Counted from the first letter of the stretch, positions 1 through 12,779 are shown. The stretch: 64,000 bases of DNA from Eledone cirrhosa (GCA_964016885.1 OZ024749.1:38998001-39062000); one strand, 5' to 3'. Translations and numbers: made by a program. Notes: a model not told the origin generated them from the letters alone.

Positions 1-230
1 AAAGATCAACTCGTGGTGTGAGTAGGTTATGCCTGGAAGGAAGGTTGGCTGGTAAGAGAAGCAGAGATCGGCAGCCAAAACGATGGCTTGAAAATGTCAA
101 CTTATGAACTGGACTTGATCTTTGCTCTTTGAACTCTGCTGCTGGTGATCGAACTTTGTGGAGAAAAATATCTCATGTTGGTGTGCAGTCTGCAACTGGT
201 GGAGTTTAGCATCAGCATGATAAGAAGATG
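1..230 (+). mobile_element. RTE-clade LINE 3' end (degraded)
   Basis: Translates RLCLEGRLAGKRSRDRQPKRWLENV, the BovB/RTE C-terminal motif. Confidence 0.7.
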
Positions 231-277
231 TTATAATATTGCCAGAAATGTATAATAAAACACTCATATATATATAT

Positions 278-935
278 CATCATCATCATCATCATCAACG
301 TTTAACGTCCGTGTTCCACGCTTGCATGGGTTTGGACGGGGGTAGTCCCACTTGAGGCAAGAGTGATTGTCTTGCTCGCATAGGACTGTCTGGCAGGTTT
401 TCTACAGTTGGATGCCCTTCCTAACACCAACCACATTTACAGTGTGGGTCTGGGAGGTTTTTACCGTGTTGCCTACACGGCCACATTACAGCGTGGACTG
501 TGTGTTTTTTTGTCGTGACACCTACACGATCTCGTTTGTTTCGGCCTGGATGGCGCGGCACCAACATAACTTTACATGGAACGGGGTGGTGTGGATGGGG
601 TGGGGGTTGGCGGGACGGGGTGTAGTTTGTTAGAGATGCCTACTGGCAAGGCGGGTCTTCTCTGTTACTGAGTACCGCCAAAGGTCACGGTCCAGTGACA
701 TTGTCTTGGAGAGGTGTAAGTGTGTGAGGTCGGAGTTTATCAGCTCATCCCATGTTTTTCTAGGTCTGCCTATTCCGTGGCTACCGTCTATCTTTATTGC
801 CCTGCACTTTGTAATACAGCTATCGACTTTCATGCGCATCACGTGTCCATACCAACGCAGCCTTCTCTCGAGTAAACAACATCTGATCCCTCTTATCTCT
901 AATTTTTTCCTTAGTTCGTTTATGCTTTGCCGTTC
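278..935 (-). mobile_element. RTE-type LINE 3' fragment with 3' UTR and (ATG)n tail
   Basis: RRLRWYGHVMRM..CRAIKIDG..GRPRKTW; UTR motif AGGAAGGGCATCC; (CAT)n on + strand. Confidence 0.85.
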
Positions 936-1427
936 ACGATATATATATATATATATATATACAAAATTTAGTACAGCATCAACGAAGCCATGGTTGCAGC
1001 CAAGCTAACGAATGCAGTTTCGGTGTGCAGCTAAGCACTCAAAAGGGTATATAACCCTAGAGTTATAACATTACGTTTAGACAGCTTTGCAAAATGAAGA
1101 CAGCGACCGATAGAAGGGCCACAGTGACCATAGCCACGAAAAAGACTGAAGTCAGGAAAAATATATATATATGTATATATACACACATATATGTGACCCC
1201 GGGACGACCAGTAGTACTGTCAGTAGGCATTCAAACTGCCAGAAGTTCATCTCAATGGCTGAGGTCCTTAGAGTTATATGTCTTTCGTTTGACTTTTGAT
1301 TTTCAAAGAACGTTTTTCAAGGTTTCCCCTTCAAAAAAAAATTTTTCATTTCACTTTGTTTTTGTTAATTGTTTTTTTGTTAATTTTGTTAATTTTATTT
1401 TATATATATATATATATCTCCATATAT

Positions 1428-1514
<87 letters not shown>

Positions 1515-1601
1515 GGAAAAATTTGAACAGGAACAAAACAGAGAAGCAGTACAACGAATGTTTATTAATTTCACGCTCTGGAGAGTGGGGTGTTGGTGGG
1601 G

Positions 1602-1636
1602 AACGACGTTTCGGGCATAAGCCCTTCCTCGGGTGA
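1602..1636 (-). ncRNA. Degenerate hammerhead motif in a TA-embedded Penelope-like fragment
   Basis: Minus strand: CCGAGGA a GGGC ttat GCCC GAAAC GTC; core U4 changed to C and stem I weak. Confidence 0.4.
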
Positions 1637-1902
1637 AAAGTGTGTGTGAACAGAGTTCAAAGGGTGTGTAGGGAGTGGTGGAGAGACATATAGCGAAAGG
1701 AAACAGTGCGAATGAAATTAAAAATAAAAATAAAAATAAAAATAAAGCATGATCAAAATACAAGGAATGAAATAAATTTAAATATAAAAGCAAGATCAAA
1801 ATAAACTGAAATTAAAAGGGGGGTAAAACAGGTGGTGGAAGGGTGTGGGGTGTGTAGGGGTGGTGGCGGATGGAGTGGTGGCGGATGGAGTGGGGAGAGG
1901 GA

Positions 1903-1941
<39 letters not shown>

Positions 1942-1955
1942 ATATATATATATAT

Positions 1956-1993
<38 letters not shown>

Positions 1994-2444
1994 ATATATA
2001 TATATAATAATTCATGAAGGCACTAATTATTGCTTCTTATAATATTAGTTTAATCTTATGGAAAAAAATCAATTAGAAAGAAATATAACGAATTAGTTAT
2101 TATATTAATCTCATATATATATATTTTGTTCTTAATACTACTGTTGTTGCTGTTGTTATTGTTACTATTGCTATCGCTGTTGTTGTTGTTACTAATGCTA
2201 TTGCATCTGTTGTTGTTGTTGTTGCTATATATTTTAGGACTATGCCCCATCAAACATATAGTACAAAACTATTGACCTTTGTCCACTGGACACATTATTT
2301 TATTGTAACTCTCTGTGTTGTGGTCATCTAATTATTTTCTTATCAATACCAAAATACCAATCTTGTCTTGATATCATATTAACCTTCTGGATACCAAACT
2401 ATCAGGAAATGCCCATCATTTTATGATACAAAAGTTTACTTTAA

Positions 2445-2656
2445 CCATTAGCATTTAAACCAGCCATATCCGGCCAGAATTCTCACAGCACTTTCTGTTC
2501 AAACCAACTATTATTGGCCCCTCATACCAACTTTAAGGCATTGTTCTCAAAATAAATAATATCAAAATTTCATAGATTCGATAGTATGTGAGATAATTAT
2601 GTGAGGTTAAGCCTTTACCATGAAAATGCAATAGAGTAATATAAATGCTAAAAGGG
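2445..2656. mobile_element. piggyBac-type MITE
   Basis: Degenerate TIR CCATTAGCATTTA...TAAATGCTAAAAGGG flanked by TTAA on both sides. Confidence 0.7.
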
Positions 2657-2759
2657 TTAAAGCATTTATATTTATCTAAAAAGCTCCCATCATAATCTTA
2701 ATTAAGAACCTTAGTTAAGTTATGTTTCAAACACCAGATTAACCCTTTAGTATTTGCAT

Positions 2760-3148
2760 GGAGGCACATGGCTTAGTGGTTAGAGTATTGGCCTTGCAAT
2801 CGAAAGGTTATGAGTTCAATTCTCAGACCGGGTGATGTGTTGTTTCCTTGAGCAAGACACTTTATTTCACATTGCTCCAGTTTACTCAGCTGTAGAAATG
2901 AGATGATAGGGACTGGGGTCCATATCATTCCACTGCAAAGTGGTCGTGGAGGTGCCACGGCAAAAAAGCACCCAGCCCACACTGTAAAAGTGGTCGTGTC
3001 GGTGCCACGTAAAAAAACCACCCAGCACTCACTGTAAATGAGGTTGGTGTTAGGAAGGGCATCCAGCTGTAGAAATCAAGCCAGAATCAGTTCCTGTCCC
3101 ACCCTTGCAAGCAGGGAAAAGCGGATGTAAAATGATGATGATGATGAT
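2760..3148 (+). mobile_element. tRNA-derived SINE (CORE-like centre, RTE-type tail)
   Basis: A box TGGCTTAGTGG, B box GAGTTCAATTC, CCTTGAGCAAGACACTT core, (ATG)n tail shared with the RTE fragments. Confidence 0.85.
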
Positions 3149-3769
3149 TACTTTGTATTTACTATTGTATTTTTGTAGTAAAGACTTTACCTCGCATAAC
3201 TATCTCACATAATACCGAATCTACAAGATTTTGATGAGATTTTGAGAGCAATATCTTAATATCAGTATGAGCGTGCAGTTACGGCCAGTTTGAACAGAAA
3301 GAGGTGAGAGAATTCTGACCAGATATGGCTGGTTTAAATGCTAAAGTGTTAATTCTGAAAAAGTTATTTATATTACTAAATCCTGAATTCTTGTTTATTT
3401 GAAAATTATAGAGGACAGAGTCTTCCTTTGAAAATATGGTAATGAAAGGGTTATCAGAAGATTGCATCCTATGACAGCCCTGTCATGAAAATAGATCACT
3501 TTATATAATTAAGCCATTAGTTAGTTCATTATTCATCATGTTCAGTAAAAGTAACAGAAAGAAGGAACATGTTCAGGCTTGAACATGTTGTTGTATGTTT
3601 AGAGGCAGCTTCTATGTATTGATACCTGATAACCTGCTTCTTTCACACACAATTTTAGTAGGATCTATTTTTAATTCGGTTAATAGTTGGTGAATCGGTA
3701 GAGTCGGTAGAGCATGGAATTAAATGTATTATGGTGCTTGTCCTGGTTCTTTGACTGCAATATGATGTT

Positions 3770-4225
3770 GTGTTGCACTGGTTTATAACAGGTGCACTGT
3801 GTCCCTGTGTCTCTCTGGATTATAATAGCTATATTGTATCCCTGTGTGTATCTGGTTTACAATAGGTACAATGTATCCCTGTCTGTTTTTAGTTTAGAAT
3901 AGGTACAGAGTATCCCTGTCTGTTTTTAGTTTAGAATAGGTACAGAGTATCCCTGTCTGTTTTTAGTTTAGAATAGGTACAGAGTATCCCTGTCTGTTTT
4001 TAGTTTAGAATAGGTACAGAGTATCCCTGTCTGTTTTTAGTTTAGAATAGGTACAGAGTATCCCTGTCTGTTTTTAGTTTAGAATAGGTACACCATCTCT
4101 GTGTGTATCTGATTTAGAATAGGTATACTATATCCCTGTATATATCTGATTTACAATAGATACACTATATCCTTGTGTGCATCTATCTGGTGTATAATAA
4201 GTACACTATATCCCTGTGTGCCGTA
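3770..4225 (+). repeat. 37-bp minisatellite inside a SINE-like element
   Basis: Unit AGGTACAGAGTATCCCTGTCTGTTTTTAGTTTAGAAT, about 6 near-perfect copies plus degenerate copies. Confidence 0.9.
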
Positions 4226-4674
4226 AGGGGTGACTAAAAGGGTTAGTAAGGGAAGGGCATCTAACCATAAAACATTGCCTCAAAAGGTATGAAGCCTAAA
4301 ATGGGGGCTGCAAGGCTATCTTCCATTTTAGTAGAGAAACTGGCCTTAAATCAGCAATGTAAACTTTTCCTTCAATCTTTTTTGTGGAGTTAATAAATTA
4401 AGCAGGGTACTAGCAGAATTAAGGGGTTACAGTACCTGCTCTGGATCTCTGGGTTCTGAATTCAAATCTTACCTTTTCCCTGATGTTATGATCAACAGAT
4501 AGTATCAATAATGTTATATGATCCAGAATATAACAACTGGAAGAAGAGGGGCTGTACAAGCATTGGGCTAATCATCTCTTTATTGACCCCAAAATTATGA
4601 TTGGCAAAGTGGACCATTACAGGATTTGAACTTAGAGCACAGACCACCAGAATAAATATTGAACACTAAGACCA

Positions 4675-5100
4675 TCATCATCATCGTTTTTGCATCTATT
4701 TTTCCATGCTTGCATGGGTTTGACAGGTCTTCTTTAGTACAGCTTTCTTTAATCTGCCACCTTCCTTCATCTTCACTGTGAAGTTCTGCATTCTGAGATC
4801 AGTTCTCACCCCTTCTGTTTAGGTTTTCCATGGTCTTCCTCATTTGCAGCCTTCCTTTACTTGTTCTCTTCAATTTATCTGCAAAGTTCAGCATTCTGAG
4901 ATGAGATATCACCACTTCTGCTCAGAATTTGCTCAGTCTTCTTCTTCTACAGATTTCTCCCACTCAGAACTCATCAGTACTTTTTTTACTCAACTATCAT
5001 CATCCAATTACATCATGTGTTTGTACCAGTATAAACTTCTCCCTGGAACACTATATCTAATTCCTTTTATGCCCAGTTTTTCCTTTAACTTATCTGTGCT
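4675..5100 (-). mobile_element. Degraded RTE-type LINE 3' fragment
   Basis: (CAT)n, CCATGCTTGCATGGG tail and remnants of the WYxHMM and GRPWKT motifs. Confidence 0.6.
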
Positions 5101-5682
5101 TCATTCTTATGAGCCAAGTAAACATCCTAATTAAGCCAATTAACAGTCAGTTTTTTAACAAACTTTATGTTCATACATGTAGCAGCATGTAGCTTTTGAA
5201 ATCAATTCTCAGTTTATAGAGCATTTGACCAAACAAAATTGATCTTGGGAGCTAAACAAACAAGATTTGTTTCTTACTCTTTCTTTTCAAATATATTTCA
5301 AACCTGTTTTTTCTCATTCTATACATCTCTCTCTGTGAAAATCATGAATATCAGGAAGCCCTATTTTTTTGCCAATATAGGCTTAAACTTATTAATACTA
5401 GCCCTTGGTTCTATGATACAAAACTGTTAGGAGAGAGAGAGAAAGAGAGAGAGAGGGAGAGAGCAAGAGAGAGAGAACAGGCTGGGAAGAGAAAAAAACA
5501 AACAAATCTTCTATTAAAATTTTATGTGAGAATCGTTGTTATGTTATGTTCCAAACACCAGCTTAAAGTTAGTTGTATTATTTCCAGCTTCCCCTCTCTC
5601 CTAACTACACTCATTATTGATGAAGGACTAACATCTGGTATGTTGAAAATTTATTTTTCCTTTCCCACAAATATTAAACTAA

Positions 5683-6035
5683 TAATTGTTTCTTCTTTTG
5701 ACACAAGACCAGCAATTACCCAGTGCATTACTGGTACTTTATTTTATCGACCCCATAAGGATGAAAGGCAATGTTAACCTCGGCGGGATTTGAACTCAGA
5801 ATGGCAAGGGCCATAACTAATAATGATTTTTGATTTACGCACAAGGCCAACAATTTTGGAGGAAGGGAAAGTCAATTAAATCAACCACAGTGCATTGCTG
5901 GTACTTTATTTTATCAACCCCGTAAGGACGAAAGGCAAAGCTAATCTTTACGGGATTTGAACTAAAAATGTAAAGGGATGTAACTATAGGCCACAAAGCA
6001 TGTCTGATTTTCTACCAATATTGCTAACCCAGTGC
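5683..6035 (-). mobile_element. Two tandem tRNA-derived SINEs (ATT-tailed family)
   Basis: Two copies of CTGGTACTTTATTTTATC..CCCCGTAAGGATGAAAGGCAAAG..GGATTTGAACT. Confidence 0.85.
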
Positions 6036-6414
6036 CCTAACATTAACCTAATAATTTGTATAATTGTCCTCTGTCTTTGTTTTTCTTTTTGACCTTGGTC
6101 TATACATATATATTTATATATATATTTATATACATATCTACATCATCATCATCACCGTTTAATGTCCATTTTTCCCTGTTAGCATGGGTTAGATGAGTTG
6201 TCTCATTCTGAGACAAGTCAGATCAAATATCATGCTTATGAGCAAGACATTTGATCTGACTTGTCTTAGAACTGTTTCTGGCTTGGTTTCTATGACTGAA
6301 TGCCCTTCCTAACTCCAACTACATTTACAGTGCGGGCTGGACGCTTTTTGTTGTGACACCTATACAACACTTTGCAATATGGGCTGGGTGCTTTCTGTTG
6401 TGACACCAACACTG

Positions 6415-6600
6415 CAGAATTCAACATCACTGTCAAATTATATTTGTCAACTGAAAGATAGCAGGATGACAAACCCTACTATCAAATGGAGTATTGTGGA
6501 AAAAGCAAAAGCTTATAATGCACGAGGCATGAGATGTCACTTATATACCACTGAAAATCTAAATATCCTTGCTTCATCTAAGACAGGAAGAAACACTGTT
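6415..6600 (+). mobile_element. Penelope-like element C-terminal (post GIY-YIG) fragment
   Basis: STSLSNYICQLKD..PTIKWSIVEKAKAYN...RCHL resembles the PLE motif TxLSxYIWxLK..IKWxI..A.Y....CxLC. Confidence 0.65.
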
Positions 6601-7206
6601 ACCTTGCCTATCTACAAGAAATTTCAGACTATGTTGCTTCAACCATACCCCCTCCCTCACCATCCCGGATGACACCAATGTGCATACCTGATAATTCATG
6701 GATTACCTACCAGATAACGATGTTTACGAATATCGGAGAACCCTCTTCCACCTCCCCGTCTAGACTCTATATCTTGGCAACCACTGCCACCCTCTAAGCT
6801 TTGCTTACTGCAGGTAACCTGGCATCAAAACAATTAGTTTCATATATATTTTACTTCACTTATATGTCATAACTCCATATATCCTGATCGTCATTGTTTT
6901 AATTCTGATTTTAATCTTAATTTTGATTTTATTTTTCATATAATTCTTTTTTTCAGACTATATTTTTTTCAGACTTTATATCTTATCCTTCCTTGATACA
7001 ACCACCACCACCACCACCACCACAACTACTACTACTACTACTACTACTACTACACATTATTTTAGCCCATCCACTATCACCTACCAATTCCACCAGTTGT
7101 TTCCTTTTCTTCTTCACTACCCCTACACACCCTCCATCACCATCATCGACATCTACTAGATTCTTATAATAGGTGTATTCTTTCCTCCATTATTACTAGA
7201 TATATA

Positions 7207-7398
7207 AGGGCGGTGAATTGGCAGTATCGGTAGAGGGTTGGACACCATGCTTTCCAGCATAGTTACGTCCCTTTACGATCTGAGTTCAAATCCCGCCGAG
7301 GTTAACTTTGCCTTTCATCCTTACGGGGTCGATAAAATAAAATACCAGTAATGTACTGGGATAATTGCTGGCCTTGTGCCTAAAGTAGAAACAATTAT
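7207..7398 (+). mobile_element. tRNA-derived SINE, ATT-tailed family (about 190 bp)
   Basis: A box TGGCAGTATCGG, B box GAGTTCAAATCC, central GCCTTTCATCCTTACGGGGTCGATAAAATAA, 3' AGTAGAAACAATTA. Confidence 0.9.
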
Positions 7399-7537
7399 TA
7401 CTATATATATATTCAGTATACAAGGAGGCAATTCACTTCTAGCACTCAATGCCATATTCCCAATGACAGGGGTGACGGAGTATATTAATAAAGATGATAA
7501 TGCGAAGTTGAAGGTTTTAGAGTCCTTTATTATTTGA

Positions 7538-7588
7538 GCTGTTATATATATTTCAATGACGATAAACATCGTGATCTCTTCAGACAGC
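7538..7588 (-). ncRNA. Minimal type I hammerhead ribozyme motif
   Basis: Minus strand: GCTGT CTGAAGA GATC-ACGAT gttt ATCGT-CATT GAAA TATATA TA ACAGC; 5-bp stem I, intact core, long stem II, palindromic stem III. Confidence 0.75.
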
Positions 7589-7876
7589 AAACATTAATTA
7601 AAAAGTAACAATTCTGAGGCAATTTTATTTGGAAGGGAGCGGACTACACACACACACACGCACACACACACACACATATATATATATACATGTATATATA
7701 GCAAACATCACGGACGCTCTATCTCAAAATTATTTTTGAAAAGCATTAGAAATGTGCAACCGGTAAAACTTAAAACCAAAACTGAATACTAACCAATACT
7801 ATTACTAATTCTCACTTATTCCTAATTAAACTATTTTTCACTGTGAACAATTTGTCAGCATTTTCTTTTCCGTTTA

Positions 7877-7937
<61 letters not shown>

Positions 7938-7940
<3 letters not shown>

Positions 7941-8115
7941 AACGAGTAGGACCCCGACGGCTGAGCTCAAGCCGTTTCGACGGCACTATCAACGCACAAC
8001 TGCATTGATAGTGCCGTCGGGGTCCTACTCGTTCCTATTACCCTTTCTACTACCCTAAGTATTGAGTACTTTGGTGCTTTATGGTCCACCTGGTTCCTTA
8101 CCACATCTCCTTCGT
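7938..8115 (+). mobile_element. TA-embedded element with T-shaped terminal hairpin
   Basis: About 20-bp outer inverted arms enclosing two hairpins, followed by a TAAGTATTGAGTAC tail; related copies at 51187 and 29854. Confidence 0.75.
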
Positions 8116-8266
8116 TATATATATATATATATCAATTGTATTAATAAATGGAAACTATATCATTGACATTAATATCATTGATATTATACTCAAGGAAACT
8201 TGTTGAGTGCTTCGAATCTGTTATAAATAAATTTGTTGAATTACCAACAAATTAAATATCTCTTTG

Positions 8267-8324
<58 letters not shown>

Positions 8325-8453
8325 TAGCTCTGTTCTATACATAGAGCACTCTTCTTTCCTTTACCTTGTCTGCAGAAATACTTAACACACACACACTTAT
8401 ATATATATGTATATATATATGTTTGTGTGTGTTTGTGTGTGTATACACACACG

Positions 8454-8493
<40 letters not shown>

Positions 8494-8559
8494 CATTTTT
8501 TTTTCTGCTTGTCATTTTTGTTCAAAATTACTTCTGATCCTTTTCAAGTTATTTCGGGG

Positions 8560-9276
8560 GAGGGGAGAGAGAGAGAGAGAGAGAGAGAGGGAGTTGTTTG
8601 ATGTTTAAACCATCTCATTCGACCTGTCAATGTATGTTTTGAAACACCAAACATCATCTGTCCATTCCCCCAACCGCCACCACCATCATACAATAAACTC
8701 ACCCTTTCCACGTTGTAAAGAGTTCGTTGTTGATAAGTGAAAGCCATAGGAAGTAGGACTGAAGCTTTAAAGAGTAACAATACAGTAACACATCAAGCCA
8801 GGCCTTGAAATATCGATATCGAAGAGTAAAAACCATGCAAGCTGTTGCCATTGAGACACAATCAACATACTTCTAGTCATATAACTCTCTGTCACACTCT
8901 CTCTCTCTCTCCCTGTCTCTTGCTCTCTGTCACACTCACTCTCTCTCTCCATCTCTATCTTTCTCAGAAATATGTTGGTGGTTTTGTTTAAACACTAAAG
9001 TAAACCTGTAATTTATGCGAAACGGTCCAGTTTCTTTCTAAGATTTATGACAAATACAAAAAGGATATTAACACATCTCTGAGGATTTCTCTAATATATA
9101 ATATATATATATTAAACGTCTGAGATATATTTTACAAAAACATAATTATGTATGTATCAATATAATCTATATAATGTATAACGCTCTTCAGATATATACA
9201 GGACTATGTACATTTACATTAAATTGTTCCCTAAATGATGATATGAGTATGACAAATTATCTACATTTCAAAATAG
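8560..9276 (+). other. Candidate non-coding first exon / promoter region of Shank (distal)
   Basis: Non-repeat sequence with GA/CT tracts ending in a consensus donor ATAG/gtaagt at 9277; start not determinable. Confidence 0.35.
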
Positions 9277-9629
9277 GTAAGTTATTGTTTTCTCTGAAGT
9301 TCGTCTATTTTAATATTTGTATTATATTTGTAGATTTTATATAATTATTATTTACAAAACACGTCTAGCTGTTGAATAATTCTACCAAAAAAATACTAAT
9401 TGAGTTTAAAATATTGTCACTACACGTCACATTTTCAGTGTTAAATTTGTGCCTGTAAATACCTCAAATTTACCTGTTCTTTTGGGTTTTATTCAGTTTG
9501 TTTTTCTATTGACTTTTCTCCATATTCAAACATTAATTCCGGGTTTAAGGATTCACATATCTATTGTTATAACAATCCAGGGAAAGTTTTAGCAATAACA
9601 TTGTCTTACTTAAGTATAAGGTGATACTG

Positions 9630-9875
9630 GTGAGGATTGCTTGGCTGTTCCATCATCTTAGTCACGCTATCTCCCAAATTACCGAATTATCAGTTGATTC
9701 TCATGAAGGTGCTTGGCTATTCCAGCACCTTAGCCACACTATCTCCCAACCTTACTTAATTATCAGGTAATCCTTGTGAAGGCTGTTTGGCTATTCCAGT
9801 ACCTTAGCCACGCTACCTCCCAACCTTACTGAATTATCAGGTGGTAATTTTGAGGGTTGTTTGGCTATTCTCTCG
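9630..9875 (+). repeat. About 74-bp degenerate tandem repeat (3-4 copies)
   Basis: TTGGCTATTCCAG.ACCTTAGCCACGCTA recurs near 9641, 9713, 9787, 9861. Confidence 0.75.
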
Positions 9876-9969
9876 CAGTAATGTCATATGTGACCTTGCT
9901 TGCTTCAAATAATGTTTTAAAGGGAAACACCGACGTTTCTTGTTGTATTGTGTAATTTGAGTATTGGCT

Positions 9970-10805
9970 TCTCTCACCTGAGGTAATGTTATGAGCGTTG
10001 TGTCTCACCTGAGGTGATGTGTGTTGGTTTGTCTCACCTGAGGTAATGCCGTGTCTTGATCTGGCTCACCTGAGGTAATGCCATGAATGCCCTGATTTGC
10101 CTTACCTGAGGAAATGCCATGTTTTGATTTGCCTCACCTGAGGAAATGCCATGTCTTGATTTGCCTCACCTGAGGTAATGCCATGTCTTGACTTGCCTCA
10201 CCTGAGGCAATGCCATGTCTTGACAGGCCACTGATGTCCCAAGTGTATTGGTTTACCTCAGATAAACATCAACATTCCCTTCTATCAGCTGAGGTAATAC
10301 CATGAGAGTCTTGGCTTGCCTCACCTGAGTTAATAACGTGTGTGTCTTGATTTGCCTCACCTGAGGTGATGCCGTCGGTGTGTTGGTTTACCTCAAATAA
10401 ACACCTATACACCTTGCTGTAGCGTGTAATTAAAGAACCTTCTATTACCTGAAGTAATGCCATATGTTGGCTTGCCTCACCTGAGGTAATGATCTCTTGT
10501 CTTACCTTACCTGAGGTGATGTCATACCTTGACTTACCTCACCTGAGGTAATGATGTCATGACTTACCTTACCTGAGGTGATGCCATATGTTGGCTTGCT
10601 TCACCTGAGGTAATGATGTCTTGACTTATCTTACCTGAGGTGATGCCATACCTTGACTTACCTCACCTGAGGTAATGATGTCTTGACTTACCTTACCTGA
10701 GATGATACCATATCATGACCTGCCTCACCTGAAGTAATGATGTCTTGACTTACCTTACCTGAGGTAATGCCATACCGTGACTTACCTCACCTGAGGTAAT
10801 GCCAT
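9970..10805 (+). repeat. About 30-bp degenerate minisatellite (TTGCCTCACCTGAGGTAATGCCATGTCTTGA)
   Basis: More than 20 units with near-palindromic core CCTCA-CC-TGAGG. Confidence 0.9.
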
Positions 10806-11053
10806 GTGATGCCGTCAGTATGTTGGTTTACCTCAAATAAACACCTACACACCCTGTTTTAGTGTGTATCTATTATCGTTTGTTGATTTTCTTTCTGACT
10901 CACTCTTATTGATTTGTTTCGTATGTAAATCCTATTCTAATTTATATTCATGAAATAAATTTGTTACTGTTACCGTTTAAAAAACGAATTTGCTTAAATT
11001 TAAAGTATTAGACATAATAAGAAATAGTAAAGTGTTTATTTTAATCACGAACT

Positions 11054-11084
<31 letters not shown>

Positions 11085-12170
11085 ATGGGATAACAGACAT
11101 GGTCTTCTCTGTGAGGCAACGAAAGGAGAAGTACATTGAACTGGGAATGGGTTTGTATGACGTCTCTGCGAATGGGTTTGTATGACGTCTCTGCTGACTT
11201 GACAAAGTCTTTTGACACGGTGAACAGAACTGTCTTATGGAAGATTCTGACTAAGTTCAGTTGTCCTGAGAAGTTGGTATCAGTCCTGAGAGGTTTTCAT
11301 TATGGTATGTAAGCTTATGTTGATATAGGTGGACAGGTGTCAGATCCCATTTTTGTTGAAAATGGGGTACACTAGTACCTACACTGTTTGTGTTGTATCT
11401 CTATGGTTTTCATTGTGTTATTTGTGGACTGCACACAGGGAATTTATATAAAGTATTGTACGACAGTCATGTTGTGAAACATCAGATGGTTTGCTGCCAA
11501 ACCAAAGGTATTCACTTCTTTATTATACGAATTTTTGTATGCAGATGATTGTGATCTTGTTGCTCACTCTGAGAATGACATGCAGCACTTGGTGGATTCT
11601 TTTTTGGAGGTATGCAGCGCATTGGATCAAACAATCAATCTGACCAAGACAGTTGTCATGTATCAACCCGCTCTGGGCAAGGGTTTCACTGAGTCTAGAA
11701 TTTATATGCATTGCAAAACATTGAAAGTTGTTGATGAATTTGTGTATTTAGGCAACACAGTTAACACGATTACACCATTGATGATGAAACCTCGTTACGA
11801 CTAAAGAAAGCATGTGATTCCTTTGGTAATTTAGATGGTGTCGACGTTGGATTTCCATTGATACAAAGTTAAAGGTGTACAGAACATATGTATTGTCTTC
11901 ATTGTTCTATTCATGTGAAACTTGTGTCACATACCAACGAAATATAAAAATGCATGAACATTGGCCATCACATAGGAGTGATGTTGAAGTGCTGAACGAA
12001 GTCATTTTGAAAGTATTGAATCTCTCATAATTCAATATAGATTGCGCTTGAGTGGCCATAATGTCAGAATGCCAGATCATCGTATTACTAAGCAGTTACT
12101 GTACGAGTAGTTAGTCAAAGGCAAATGGCCAAAGTATAAACCAAAACTCAAATATAAAAATTACATCAAA
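11085..12170 (+). mobile_element. RTE-clade LINE reverse transcriptase fragment (pseudogenised)
   Basis: DLTKSFDTVNRTVLWKIL, YADDCDLVAHSE, FVYLG motifs; stops and frameshifts. Confidence 0.88.
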
Positions 12171-12779
12171 AAATATATATTTGTCCTGTAGTTCTTTAAA
12201 TAAATTATTAATTTTATTTACAATTTGTAAAATCCTATAAACCTTCTATATATTGAAAGGAAAATAAAATCAGCCGATCCGATGTACCGGATGTTTTAAC
12301 TAAAGGATTGTAATTAAAGAATTGAATAAATTAGAAAAGCAACCCAAAGCGAAAACTATGTAGCTGCTTGCAAAAATAAAAGTCATTTACGAAATAATTA
12401 AATAAAACATAAATATATTTAGCCTATTATAATATGTTGGTTTTTATTTGAGGTAATTCAAGACATACAGGGCATTACCTCAGGTGAGGCAAGCCTAGAT
12501 ACTCACGGAATTATCTCAGGTGGGGTAAACTAACAGACGGTATTTTCTAAGATGATAGTCGGTCACTTAAAAAGGAATGTTGGTGTTTATTTGAGGCAAA
12601 CCAAAGACACTCACGCCATCAGCTCAGGTGAGCCAAGCCAAGACACACACGGCTGTACCTCCTCAGGTGATGGTCGGTCCCTTAATTACACATTACAACA
12701 TGGGAATGCTGGTATTTGCGTTTAAAAATATTTGAGGTAAGCGAAAACAACTTGTTTTGTTTTTCATGTTGAAAATATG

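Larger units (their letters stand above)
9890..12745. mobile_element. Foldback-type element with degenerate long TIRs built from CCTCACCTGAGG subrepeats
   Basis: 9895-9962 is the reverse complement of 12680-12743; CCTCACCTGAGG units on + at 9970-10800 and as CCTCAGGTGAGG at 12470-12670. Confidence 0.65.

Noticed and set aside
1094-2042. YIYI-rich ORFs here and throughout the window
   Set aside because: (TA)n microsatellite translations
5610-5655. Hammerhead-like TGATGAAGG..GAAA (also 49845-49890 minus, 46930-46952, 14334-14350)
   Set aside because: Core or stems too degenerate to call
7207-7300. tRNA gene (A and B boxes)
   Set aside because: Head of a multi-copy SINE; no cloverleaf
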